NCBI RefSeq assembly: GCF_018350175.1
Contig: NC_058368.1
Location: 237,958,001-238,022,000 of the forward strand
DNA from: Felis catus
Taxonomy: Eukaryota
Direction of reading: 5' to 3'
DNA length: 64,000 nt
Within the stretch, counting starts at the first letter, position 1. Every line of letters starts with the position of its first letter. Under the pieces are notes generated by a model. That model was not told the DNA's origin. It saw only the letters and a list, made by a program, of their open reading frames with translations, and did no database searches. Shown piece by piece: positions 52,720 to 64,000 of the stretch. A program made the position numbers and the translations under genes.

Positions 52720-52911
52720 TTTTTAAGTTTATTATTATTTCTTTTGAGAAAGATACAGAGCACGAGGGGCGGGGAGTGGGCAGAGAGAAAGGGAGAGAGA
52801 GAATCCCACGCAGGCGCCTTGGTGCCAGTGTAGAGCCGGCTGGGGGGCCCGAACCCACACACGGTGAGGTCACGACCTGAGCCGAAAATGAGTCAGCCGC
52901 CCAGGTGCCCC
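52720..52911 (-). mobile_element. Older CAN-SINE, tail-to-tail with the previous one
   Basis: ttttgagaaagatacagagc..gtcagccgcccaggtgcccc. Confidence 0.9.
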
Positions 52912-53219
52912 TTCGCTCCCTCTTCCTAAGACATCACCTCCTTTTCTCTTTCTTGCCTTCGGGCCCAACGGGTGGAACCAGCAGGGCCGTTTGGAGAAGC
53001 CCCACACGGAGCAGGTGACTGACCACGAGAGTCTCAGAAGCGGCAGGGAAACTTTCGCACCGAGCGCCGTAGAGAAGGACGCACCGCGCTGGTCCTTCGG
53101 CCGCCCGACCAGTGCCAAGACGACGTATTTGCCCTTGAATTATGTTTTTCTTCTCACACTGATCTGTGAGTCCTGAAAAACATCACTGTTAAAAAAAAAA
53201 ATTCAAAGGAGACAAAAGA

Positions 53220-53730
53220 AATGAATAAAATCCCTGCTCGGAGGGGGGAAAGCTGCCAATAGGGAGATTTCATGCTTTTGTTAATTAAACGAACAAAGCA
53301 AGAAAAAAAAAAAAACAGCGCAGTAGGCTGTATCCTGCATAACAGCTTCCACTAATAAAAAGTAATAGACAATTTCCTGCACCGGCTTCTTGTGAATACT
53401 ATTATAGCAGGTAATGGAGTTTGGGAACCGGAGGCCTCGCCGGCTGTCAGAAGGAGGCCGCCCCACCTTCCTCTTCTCTTTATTAAATGACTAAGTGCAG
53501 CCGCCTGTGTCCTATCTCTACCTCTCCCCACTATTGGATTGTATTATTTTACATTTTGATTGAAATGATGTCACAGCCAGATAAAGGCCGGGCCCCAGCG
53601 TTGTAATTGAATGGGTCCGAGTTGTTTATTCTAGCCATCTACAGCCGCTCTCCTCTTGTCCTAACACTGCGCGCATAAAGGGCCTCTCTTGTCTAACACG
53701 CTGCTGATTAGATCTATTCACAAAAAAGGT
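53220..53730. promoter_or_regulatory. Candidate conserved non-coding element/enhancer
   Basis: ttaattaa, ctaataaaa, tttattaaatga, tgattgaaatgatgtca, gtaattgaat, tgattagat in unique sequence; inferred. Confidence 0.5.
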
Positions 53731-54764
53731 ATCGAACTGGGGGGTCGAGGGCCTGGAGCTGGAGTTTCAGGGGGAAAAAAAATTGAGAAAAAAAATCAAA
53801 GGAGAAGAGACGCCATCTGCCCAACTTTCCAAGTGTGACCGGAAGTTTCCGCAAACGGGTTCTGCATGGTGTCCGCACGGACGTCAGCCCCTCTGGTGGA
53901 GAACACCCTAGCGGTGGCCGGTGGGGCCTTGACCGTCCTGCAGGTGTATCTGGGTTCACCTTCCTAAGTGCCGCGCCCGTGTTCCTGTTTGCAGGACAGC
54001 CCCGGCTTCGTCTGAAGACTGAGTTTCCGTTCACTTCATTTGGGAATAAAAATAACGGAACGTCTATAGCGATGGGGAAAGTGGAGGAGTTGTTAGTTCT
54101 GCTTATGTTCAAATTGTCGCGTTTTGTAAAGTAACAACGTTTCCCCCTAAATCCCGCCGCTGAAACAGAGCTGTGGTGACGTGATTTGCATCAAGGGCTG
54201 CTGATTCTGATGCACCTGTGTAATTACACACGGTACGATCACAGGGGCCGTGTTATCTTTGTGTGTACAAGTGAAGCCAGTGTTCTGCCCGACATCTTTC
54301 AAGATAATGCTTAAACTTCGTTGGAAGACAGTCTGAATCTAATATGTGAAAAGGTAAGGACTGAAGAATAAACGTATAAAGTAGTGCTTGGAGTGAAGCA
54401 AATTTCCCTGGATTTTCCGCATTTCTGGGACATAGACCCCGGGTCCCCCCACTGTGGGTCCTTCCACGCCCCCCGCCCCCGACCACAGACGCTCTCGCCA
54501 AAACCCTGCAGTGTTTGCTGGGAGTGCCGTTGCCCAAACCTGCAAGTCAAATAAACACCTCTCAGTAGAGCCAAGAGCAGTTTTTAGATACGTAGTCCTT
54601 TTGGTTTCTGATTTTCCTGAACAGTTGGATTGCACTTTGGAACACTTAGGCTCTTAGAGGTAAAAATGCATGGACCCCACAGTCTCTTCCCCTTAAAAAT
54701 ACACGATTGTCTCAACCTTGGTGTTCTTGCCCCAAAAGGGTTGACTAGGCAGGGTGCGTGTCCC

Positions 54765-55241
54765 TCGGCAGGTGAACGAATAAACAACCAGGGGTCCGTC
54801 CGGCGGCGCAATTTCATGCAGCGCTGAAAAGAAAGTAGCTATCGAGCCACAGAAAGATATGGGGAAAACAAAATGCGTATCACTAAGGGAGAGAAGCCAG
54901 GCTGAAAAGGCTCCACGCCGAAGGACTCCAACTCTGTGACGTTCTAGAAAGTGCACAGCTATGAAGACACTGAAATGCTGAGTGGTTTCTGCGCTTTACC
55001 GTACCAGTGGATGCGTGTCATTACACATTTGTCCCAACCCATAGAACACAGTGGCCCTGATGGCACTGTAATTGATAATAATGTGGTAACGCCCCTCCGC
55101 GAACTGTAGTCACCATACTGCACCGACATGAGACGCCGGAGATAGGGGAGCGATGGTCTGGGGGAGACGATTGCACGTAAGGACTCTGCATTTTCTGCTA
55201 GGTTTTCTTGTACATCTAAAACTGCTCTAAAAACCAAAGTC
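54765..55241 (+). mobile_element. L1MC-like 3'UTR
   Basis: tcactaagggagagaagccaggctgaaaaggct..cattacacatttgtcccaacccatagaac..ctaaaactgctctaaaaaccaaagtc. Confidence 0.8.
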
Positions 55242-56329
55242 ACCGATCTTCACCGTTAGCTTCTCCTGGAAAGCCAGGATGTATTTCCCCAGCCCAAAGC
55301 ACACTGTGGTGTCGTGGGGCCCACCCCTCCCCCCCGGGGTTCCTGCACCTGCGGCGGCTTCCCTCCCTGCCCTCCCGTGTGCCCTCCGCAAAACCAAGGG
55401 CCCTCAGTCCTGCTGGAGAATCAGAGGTCCTGCTGGAAACAGCACGGCGCCTTCCAGGCCGGAGCACGGCCCAGCCCCAGGCCTAGCTTGTGCCGTAGGA
55501 TCGCGCAACCGCGGACCGAGCAGAGCGCCGGACACACCCCACTGCAGACACAACCTCGCTGGTGACGCTGGGACACTGACTGTGTGCGGCCCTGTAGGTA
55601 TTTCCCCGTTTCCTGCCCAGAGATTAATGAAGTTACTTTGTCAAATATGTCCTCAGCACCTCTGGGCATTTCGTTAACTTAAAAAGTGAGGAAAATACCA
55701 CAACAATGCGATTTAATTTGATTTCGGCTTCTTGTGAAATCCATATTAAAGGAAACAGGCAGACACATTAAAGTGTTACCCGCCTACGCGAATGGTTTCC
55801 TGATTAATAAGCAGCAGCAGAGGATACAGAGAGAATGCTGTAGAGTCAGCACATCTACCTTCCTGGCACCGGCCATCCTATTAACCTCCAGGGGTCCCAT
55901 CGTCAGTGGAAACGTCACAACCATCCGCCCCGACTTCCCCCAATTTGATCGCTTGGGGGACACCGTCTCCCTCTACTTCCCATCCTATCGTCCATCCCCT
56001 CCGTCTTCGCGTCCCTCTGCATTGAGTTTGGGCTGGAGCCCCGTCTCCTGCTCAGAGACCCAGAAGCATCCAGGGACACTGGTAGGAGTCCCACCATGGC
56101 AAGTGCCCAACATGGAAGTCTCTCTGTCCTCCTACACCCCAAGAGGTCTTTGCCAGTGAGAGACGCCGGGGCCTGGTGGGAACCCATCCCACTCTCTCAG
56201 GCGATGCCATCGGGGCCAGTGGGCAAGCCCACCAAATAGCACCACAAAAGGAGGCCAGGACCCGTGTGCTACACCCAACCAGGACGGCTGCGGTAGGACC
56301 ACTGTCTCCTAACGTGACAGGCGGGGTGT

Positions 56330-57130
56330 CTGGGGTAGATCACGCAACGGTCACGACTGGAGTGACAGCACACGCTCAGCTCTTAATAACACTGACCTGA
56401 ATCAGATGTCGGAATTATCCAACAAGGAATTGAAAGCAGCTGTCATAAAAATCTTTCAATAATCGCTTACAAATTGCCTTGAACCAAGTGAAAGAAAATC
56501 ACAAGAAATTGAAGTTGTAAAAAATAACCAAACGGGAATCGTCGAAGGGAAAGGTCCAGCCAGTGCAGCCCTGCAGAGTGAAGAGACAGCAGAAATAACC
56601 AGTGGGCCTGAGGGGAGAGCGGCAGGGTTCACACAGCAGGAACAACAGAGACAGAAGAGACGGGAAAAACGGAGACCGTGGCAACAGCACAGGGCCCGGC
56701 GTCACATCACCGAAATCTCCAGGGAAAGGGCAGAGGGGAGGCTGTGAACGTGCCTGGAGAAACCTGGGCTGGAAACGTTCCGAATTTGCTGAAAGACACA
56801 AGCCTCCACATACAAGGCGAGCGAAAGCCACACGGGATGAACCGAAAGCGAACAAACACAACCACACTCCCCCGCTCCGAGCTAAACTTGTAGAAACTAA
56901 AATCGAAGAACAAATTGGGAAAGAAGAGAAAAAGCTCATCGGCCCAGGGATCTCCGACTTTCTACCTCCCGCCATGGTGGCCAGAAGGAAGTAGCAGCAC
57001 ATCTCGCCAAGCTCCAGGAGGGGGGCGTTGACGGAATCCTCTGGGGAGGGGGGAGCTGCCTGCAGGAAGGAGGGGAAACAAAGACGTTTATGGAGGAAGG
57101 ATGCTACAAGAATTCGTCACTGGCACATCT
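56330..57130 (+). mobile_element. Old L1M ORF1 fossil, GC-drifted
   Basis: cagatgtcggaattatccaacaaggaattgaaagcagctgtcataaaaat..ggctggaaacgttccgaatttgctgaaagacacaagcc..ggccagaaggaagt follow L1 ORF1 order. Confidence 0.75.
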
Positions 57131-60124
57131 AATAGTCCCCAGTTTTCACTGGGTCTCTTTAATTATGATGGCAGTTAAAGGTAGGATGTTCATCTTCTGA
57201 AAAAGTTTAGGGTCGTTTTTACTGGATGTAGAAGAAATGATACCTCTGTCCCCAAAATAACCTATCATGTAGCAACATCCAACGGTGTCAGGATAACGAA
57301 CGGGATCTCTGGAGGCGAGGCACAGCTCTTTATCCGCCGCGCTTCCTGACACACGAGGATGTAAGGCAACTCGGCACGCTTATGAAAACTGAAAAGTGAT
57401 CACTTACTATCTAGAGAATCTGAAAAGTGCCTGGGAACTCTTGGCATTTTCTGAAAGGCTTCTTGCCAATGCAAACACATGTATTTTTAATAAACATGTT
57501 CGACACCATTCCAACATGCTTTATTATGATTCAAAGGACTTCCGGTTTGTCAAAATCTCCCCCTAATCCAAAAAATGCAAATACTCTCCTCCGAGAGGAG
57601 AAACTCCATCTGCCAAGAAGAAGACTCTAAATGTGTGGGAGTCAACGCTTACCCCGAGGGTGAAGTCAAGTGCTTTATCTTGAGGTGGACCTTCTAAAAG
57701 TGAGAAGACCTGCGACATGAAACCTGTGTCGAACTGTATACCCTCCGGGCAGGTGCACTGATAGAAAGAACTGTTCCTTATCAAGACGGGACAGAAATTG
57801 CAGAGCAGGCACCATCAGAGTGTGCAGAGGGGTTTGCGTCCAGCCTGGTTCCGCCCATCGGCGAGATTTGCCGTGAGACGTCTAGACCTTTCCGGCTTCA
57901 CGTGCAGAGTCCTTGTCCGGGGGCGGGAGGTTGGGCCCTTTCTTTTCAAGCCCTCCCCCCAAAGTCCACCGTTCCGAAAGAGTTCCTCCAAGTGAACTTC
58001 AGAAATTTCAGGGCAAGAGAAATCACGGCAGTTATCTGTGAAAATGTACAAAAGGAACTCGGGGTGAGGAGAGAGATAAAACATGGAAATCAGTCATCAA
58101 AGTGCAGACAGGGTTGGCCACATTTTATGACAGATGCTTAAAATATTTATCACAAACAAATGTACCCTTTGGCTTTTCCTTAAATCTCATTCCTAATCCC
58201 TTAACTCGCCAAATGGAGTCCAGAGCAGTACAAATTGATGGTTCGTGTTCTCGAGGTTATATGCTTTATGCATGACTCTACTATAAATATTTGATAAAAT
58301 GTATTTTGGCGTATATTAGGAATCAAAAGTACAATTCTGATACCAAGTCTTAATAACTATCTGTGCTTAAAATAAAAACAGGAAACGTAGAAAAACATAG
58401 CCATCTGTCCATGGGGAATCTTATCATCTCTTAACCCTTAATATGAAAGGTTTAACAAACAAACGAAGGAGTTACCAGACTTTAAAGTGGGGGGGGGGAG
58501 GGGGGACCCTTCACCTAATGAGGGATTTCGTCATTACAAAAAATTGCCCTTTCATGGGATAGAATTATTTTTAGTCCCAGGAATTTGGGAAACTGGACTG
58601 TGTTCATCTCAGAGGTGATCTGGGGGTCCCCAGCCCCACGCTGTGAAACTGGTTCCTTCACTGCAGCGGGAAACCAACCAACACACATATAAAGGGAGAG
58701 TCGTAACTTGTGGTTTGCAAACCACAGGATATTGTCCCCTACATTTATAGGAAAACCATCTCAGAAATTGGCATCGGTCGTCAGTAACTTGAAAGGACAT
58801 TTGCATTTAGCGTGGCAGTCAGGGTTCGGCACAAACAAGCGAAAGGCCCCCTCCCCGCTTCCCACGGGGGGTCTGCAGACGGTTTCCCTCCTCCAACTGC
58901 CATGAAGCCGCATGTGGGAAAGGCCAGGAGACCAAGGCAGACTGTTGGTCAGACGCTATGGAGTTGCCCTGCTGGGGACACGGCAGGGGACACGTTCATG
59001 GAGAGATGGGGACGGGGCGCCCGGAGCCTGGGGCGCGGAGCAGAGGGGGGCATGGAGTGGGCTGAGTATCACGCAGTAGGATCCCGGCCTCTCCCGCTAT
59101 TGACTTTGGGCAGTTCTCCACTTCCATTGCTTTTAGAGGTGTGTTGGCGTGTGTGTGCACGTGTGTGTGTGAGGGAGCATCCTAGTGAAAGGGGCCATAG
59201 GGAGGAGGGCGGAAGCCTGGTTTTACTCCAAATCTGTGTCTTCACCAACTCGGTTCCCTGCCAACCACTCCCCACCTCACGGCAGCCACGGGAAGTGCTG
59301 TTAGACCTGCGCTTCAGGGAGAAGGGTGCTGAGCCGTAAGGAGCTCGGTAGCTCTCCTCGGGTCACCGACCGGGGCATGGAACAGAGAGACCCTTGTCTC
59401 TCCCCCTCGAAAGTCTGAATCTTAAGAATCACCCTCATTGGACTGCAAGCCGAGCCCTTCCGCTGGCCACATGTAGCTGGGGATCACGGCCCCGGAAACT
59501 GGGTCCACAGGGAGCACGCTGGGCTTCTGGTGCCGGTAGCTTCTTTCAGCCGCGACAGTCTCCTGCCGCGAGGTCACCAGCCAAGTCCTCTCGCGGGGCC
59601 TTCTGGTCCTGGTGGGCGTCAGGGATGCACCGGCCACCCTCGGGCGGGAAGGATGTGGACGTGGTCCCGCTGGCTCCTTACGCGCCCACCGGGTCCCACG
59701 CACACGATGCCTGGACGCAAACGTAAACACCGCGAAGACGCCAGGGAGAAGAAAAACCCTGAGCGTGTCCTCCATTTTCCCAATATTTAGGAGAATCTCT
59801 GCCGTCTCATCACAGGAAGAAGAACTTTGGCGAAGCTGATGTCATCATGCTTCCTGCACACAGAAGCAAAGGACGCAGGGACGGGTTAGTAGTGGGAGGT
59901 GGTGCTGTCTGTAGGCTGTGTCTCTAGATCTGCGCCCAGCTGGTGGAGGAGACTCCTTCTCCCCGTGCTCAGCAGAGTGGCTTCCCTTCACGTGGCCCCC
60001 GCACCACATCCACCTCCAAGCGGGCGTGGCTGACAAAGAGCGTGCTTCCAGAACACTCCCTCCTACCGGCAGACACGTTATTGTGTAATTCGTGGGCAGG
60101 GTTGACTCAAAATCCAGGTTGAAT

Positions 60125-60315
60125 CATGGCTAACATTTTCCAAGAAACTGCCCTTTTTGGGGCCATTGTGCTAAACAGCACCTGTGCATTCAACCCTCGT
60201 AAGATCTCCCTGAATGAGGACGATTATTCATTATCCCGTCAGGAGAGAATATGTGCTCGCTCTCTGATCTCACAGTCAAATGTCCAGCCAGGATTCAAAC
60301 CCAGATTGACTGCCT
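60125..60315 (-). mobile_element. MIR SINE
   Basis: atggctaacattt..cattgtgctaa..attatccc..gccaggattcaaacccaga. Confidence 0.7.
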
Positions 60316-60939
60316 TCTTGATCCTGCCTGCAGCTAACTCGGGGCTGGACCTTCCTGGGGCAAGTGCACACAACATCCCACAGCGGCACCGACGGGTACA
60401 TGGTGGGGAACATGGCAGAGGTGCCCTCTGTGACCCCAAATGTCAGTGCCAGGCATCTGACCCCAGCATTCCACGGCCACCCAAACATCTTGTTTTTAGT
60501 TATGGTTGATATTTCCTTTTTACTGATGTGTACGCATGAGTCCTGCCTGCCTCCTCCACAAAGGACTCAGGGGAGTTTGCAGAAACTAAGAGAAAATAAA
60601 ACAACCTAGAAATACAAGCAAACCATTTGCATCGAAACCCACTAATGTGCCTTCCTTCGGAGCCAGAGATCTGCCCTTGGAGCTGATGCCTCTCTGCCAA
60701 AGTCCAGGGCTTGGAGGCTGTGGGGGGAGAGGCAGGGGCCACTCGCGCCCGGTGCGCTGAGTGGACGCGCCGTCACACAGCTCTGGTGTGCTTCACCAGT
60801 CTCCTCCTGTGCTTAGTCACATAGTCTGTTATTTGGGTTTTTTTGGAAAGAAAAATGTCTTCCTTTGGTAGAGAATCTGGTTACTCTGCAGATTAATGCC
60901 TGTCCCCTTCACAGAAATAAATACTGAGTTTTGACCACA

Positions 60940-61044
60940 GGGTTAAACAGGTTTTCCAGAGAAACAAAACCAGCAAGGAGATGATGATGATGATGATGAA
61001 GGTGAAGAAGAAGGAGGAGGAGGAGGAGGAGGAGGAGGAGGAGG

Positions 61045-61089
<45 letters not shown>

Positions 61090-61150
61090 CTGATAGATGC
61101 TGGATGATAGACAAGTACTCACACACGCACACACACACGTACACACAGAT
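60940..61150 (-). mobile_element. MLT2 LTR 3' end fragment followed by compound (GAT)n(GAG)n(GATA)n(CA)n microsatellite
   Basis: caggttttccagagaaacaaaaccagcaagga (cf. cagggttctccagagaaacagaaccaatagga). Confidence 0.65.
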
Positions 61151-62227
61151 GAGAGCCGAGTCCTAGACTGAGCACCTGTGGTGGGGGGGAGCTGCTCGGA
61201 CCTTCTAAACCCACCCCTCAGACCAGACTATAATCTGCCAACCACTCACTCCCACCTTGCAAAAGGTCAAGACAGCCAGACCCTACTTACCTCAAGAAGG
61301 AAACAGAGCAGTCGAGATGCACCGTTCTTTGGATTAGGTGGAAGGAAAGTTGTTCTTAAAAAAAAAAAAATGAATGCCACCTCGGTGCAAGGGTCCTTCT
61401 GTGTCTCCCAAGATCCTCAGCTGTGCTGACACATGGGACTGACACAGCATCGGCTCAGAATCGTCCCTTTGGCTTGCATCCCAACAAGGCAGATTCTTTA
61501 ATTATCTTGATGTTCCAAGAGTTGTGATTGGCCTTTTGTGAAGGAAGGAACCAACTTCCGAGGTTGACTTACCCACATGCATCTGGCTGGAAATTATCAT
61601 TATAATGTGTGTGAAATTTTATCTGGCAGTCTCTCCACGTGGATGAGGTTTAGCAAAAGGCTGTTTTACCGGTTGCGAATTTTCCTCCTCCCCCGCCCCT
61701 AGCCATGGCGGTTCGCCTCCTTGGGGTCTCCTCCTTTGCGCGGCTACCCCTGCTCGTCACACCAGGGCACAAACTGCTGCATCTCTGTCCTCGGGGACCC
61801 ACCCCAGGCAGCTGATGGTCCTAGGGAGGCAGGCGGGTCAAGTCTACTCAGAAGACTTAATTTTCGCAGAAAAGCATGGACGGGGGGAAAGGTAAACCTG
61901 GAACGAGGAGCGCAATTGTACCCTGAGCACCGTGCGTGACTCACTGGGACATCGGTCCACCTGTCGTGTGGGATTGCCAACACCCGAGCAGGGGGGATGG
62001 AAGCAAGGAAGGAGCTAAGCTACCGGCAAGCGTAGACCAGGCCGCCAGAAACACTTTTCTGACGTTTTTAGGGTTTCAGAACGAAGCTAGGTTTACCACG
62101 AATACAGCACAGGGAGGATGCTGTTTTATGTTTTCAAAAGTCTACCACTAAATTTATCTTCCTGGAGAGTGTGATGCTAATAACCTTCCTCCGTTACTTT
62201 CCTTTAGCCTGTAACTTGCTTGAAATG

Positions 62228-62229
<2 letters not shown>

Positions 62230-62266
<37 letters not shown>

Positions 62267-62340
62267 CGAGCGTGTGTGTGCACACGTGTGAAATGCCAAG
62301 TGTGTGTGTGCACGCATGCGTGTGTGTGCACACGTGTGTG
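62230..62340. repeat. (TG)n microsatellite and degenerate TG/CA tract
   Basis: Directly visible. Confidence 0.95.
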
Positions 62341-62619
62341 ATTTCCCCATGTCCCCAAAGAGTTACCAAAAATATGGAATGAAAATACTGTTAGAAGCAA
62401 ATTATTTCACTTACATTTGAGAGTGCATTGTTTTAAACACTGCACCATCCAGCCTTGGAAATATTAAAGCGTCTATCCGAGAAGTCGCAGTCCCCAAATG
62501 GGGTCTTGGCAACTCCCCCCCATTTTGTTCTCATTCCTAACAGGAGACCCAGTAGCCATGACTTCTCAGGCTGACACACAGCAATCACCTGCTTGCATCG
62601 GTCTTTTATGATGATGTTT

Positions 62620-63880
62620 TGCGGGGTTGACATAATCGGGAAAGCATAATTCAATTTTTTTTTAAAAAATTAGCCATTTATTAGAGTGTGGGCAAGACAT
62701 AAGCATCTCCGTGAATCATACACGCCAATAATGAAAACTAAAAATACAATGAACTTTCCCTAGCAGCAGGGTAATAGTTTAATTGTATACAGTTATTCTT
62801 ACATTAAAAGCTGCATACCTGGCAAGCTTTATCGGGTAACAGGGACTTTTAAATGTGCCAATGTTTCTACACGAGTAACGTGGGTCAATTGCAGAAGGGG
62901 TAACCATAATGATTAAATCATTAAAATTTTGTCTACGCTTCACAGAGCATAGAGAAAATTAACTTCCCACCAACCTCATTTTTCTGCTGAACATGAAATA
63001 ATGATTTTCTGCCAGTATAATTACAAAGCTAACATCTGATAGAGTCAGCATCCAGGGGGGATTAGCGCAGGCGTGAGTATTAGACCTCATTACCAGCCTG
63101 ACTGCAAAATTATTACATCTTGTAATTGGAGGGTGAGATTTATATACAGATTGGCCGGGTTTCTGTAAGATTGTAATTACAAGCTTCGTTGGTTTGCTAC
63201 TTATCACACGGTGCAGGAGGAGGCAGAAACAAGCAGAGGGGAGACCATTTCATTAAGCTGTAACCCTATCAAGGGAGGAGCGCTGTAACGTCCCTGTATT
63301 TATTAGGCCAAACAGAGCTGTTTGCAGAAGGGGAGACCATTTATTACCGCCTGACAAATGGGATTTCATTTATTTAACCTCGGCGATCTATTTCAGTAAA
63401 ATGTACAAACGAGCCATCCATTTTATGATTCCGGAGTCAACGCTCAATTATCTAAAGGCTAACTGAGTGTTAAAGTGGCCATCTGCTAGGATGAATCCAT
63501 TGATTTAATTTGCCTCGTGTTGCTGAATGGTTCCGGGGGCGCGGGGGGGGAGGGCCGAGCCCGCCTGAGCGACGGGGGCGCGGGCGAGCCCCCTCCCGGC
63601 CGGCGTCTGCGCGCCTGTGTGCGTGTGCGCGCCTGCGTGTGCGCGCCTGCGTGTGCGCACATCCTTAATCCTTCACACAATGGAAGGAGGCGATCAATAG
63701 CAGCTTAAATTTTATGAGACAAGGAGTTAAGTTGTTCTGCCCAAGCCGAGCACCTTTGTTCTCCCGTAACAAGTCATCTCTGCGGCGGAATTAATATTGA
63801 CAGGCGGGCTTCTTTGTGGCTAATTTGGAGGGCGCCCGGGCCGATGGGCGGGCGGGCGGTAATAGAGCCGTTGTTAGTGT
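62620..63880. promoter_or_regulatory. Large candidate highly conserved enhancer block
   Basis: About 1.2 kb of TE-free sequence dense in TAAT/ATTA, TGATT(T/A)A and TGACA motifs, with repeated motif and palindrome (see findings); inferred. Confidence 0.6.
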
Positions 63881-64000
63881 CCGTTGCGGCCGCTGCAGGG
63901 GGACACCCTGCCCCGGCCCCTGCCCCGGCGTCCGCCAGCCCTCACGGGGCTTCGACCCTCTCAGACCCCCGCTCTGTTGCAAGGTAAATACGGAAGCAAG

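Noticed and set aside
63978..63990. AAG|GTAAAT possible splice donor after CpG-rich sequence
   Set aside because: Single weak motif at the window edge with no supporting exon evidence

Overview
This is mammalian, almost certainly felid, genomic DNA: it carries 15 tRNA-derived CAN-SINEs of the SINEC_Fc type and a cat-type L1 3' end. I find no credible protein-coding exon, RNA gene or CRISPR array. The ORFs in the track are SINE, L1, ERV or simple-repeat translations, or chance ORFs in GC-rich DNA. The window is a GC/CpG-rich intronic or intergenic stretch made of three things. (i) Transposon fossils of very different ages: a probable RTE-X/L4 LINE at the left edge, MIR, L2, MER5A/MER20, MaLR and ERV-L LTRs, an ERV-L gag fossil, old L1M pieces and a 5'-truncated carnivore L1 with a TSD. 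(ii) Several large micro- and minisatellites. (iii) Many unique AT-rich islands packed with homeodomain-type TAAT/ATTA motifs, which look like conserved non-coding enhancers of a developmental transcription-factor locus; the strongest is at about 62.6-63.9 kb. Repeat-family names come from recalled consensus sequences, not a database search, and conservation is inferred rather than measured. Nothing here is clearly a new biological system. The best leads are the putative enhancer cluster with a three-fold repeated motif and the two ancient retroelement fossils.
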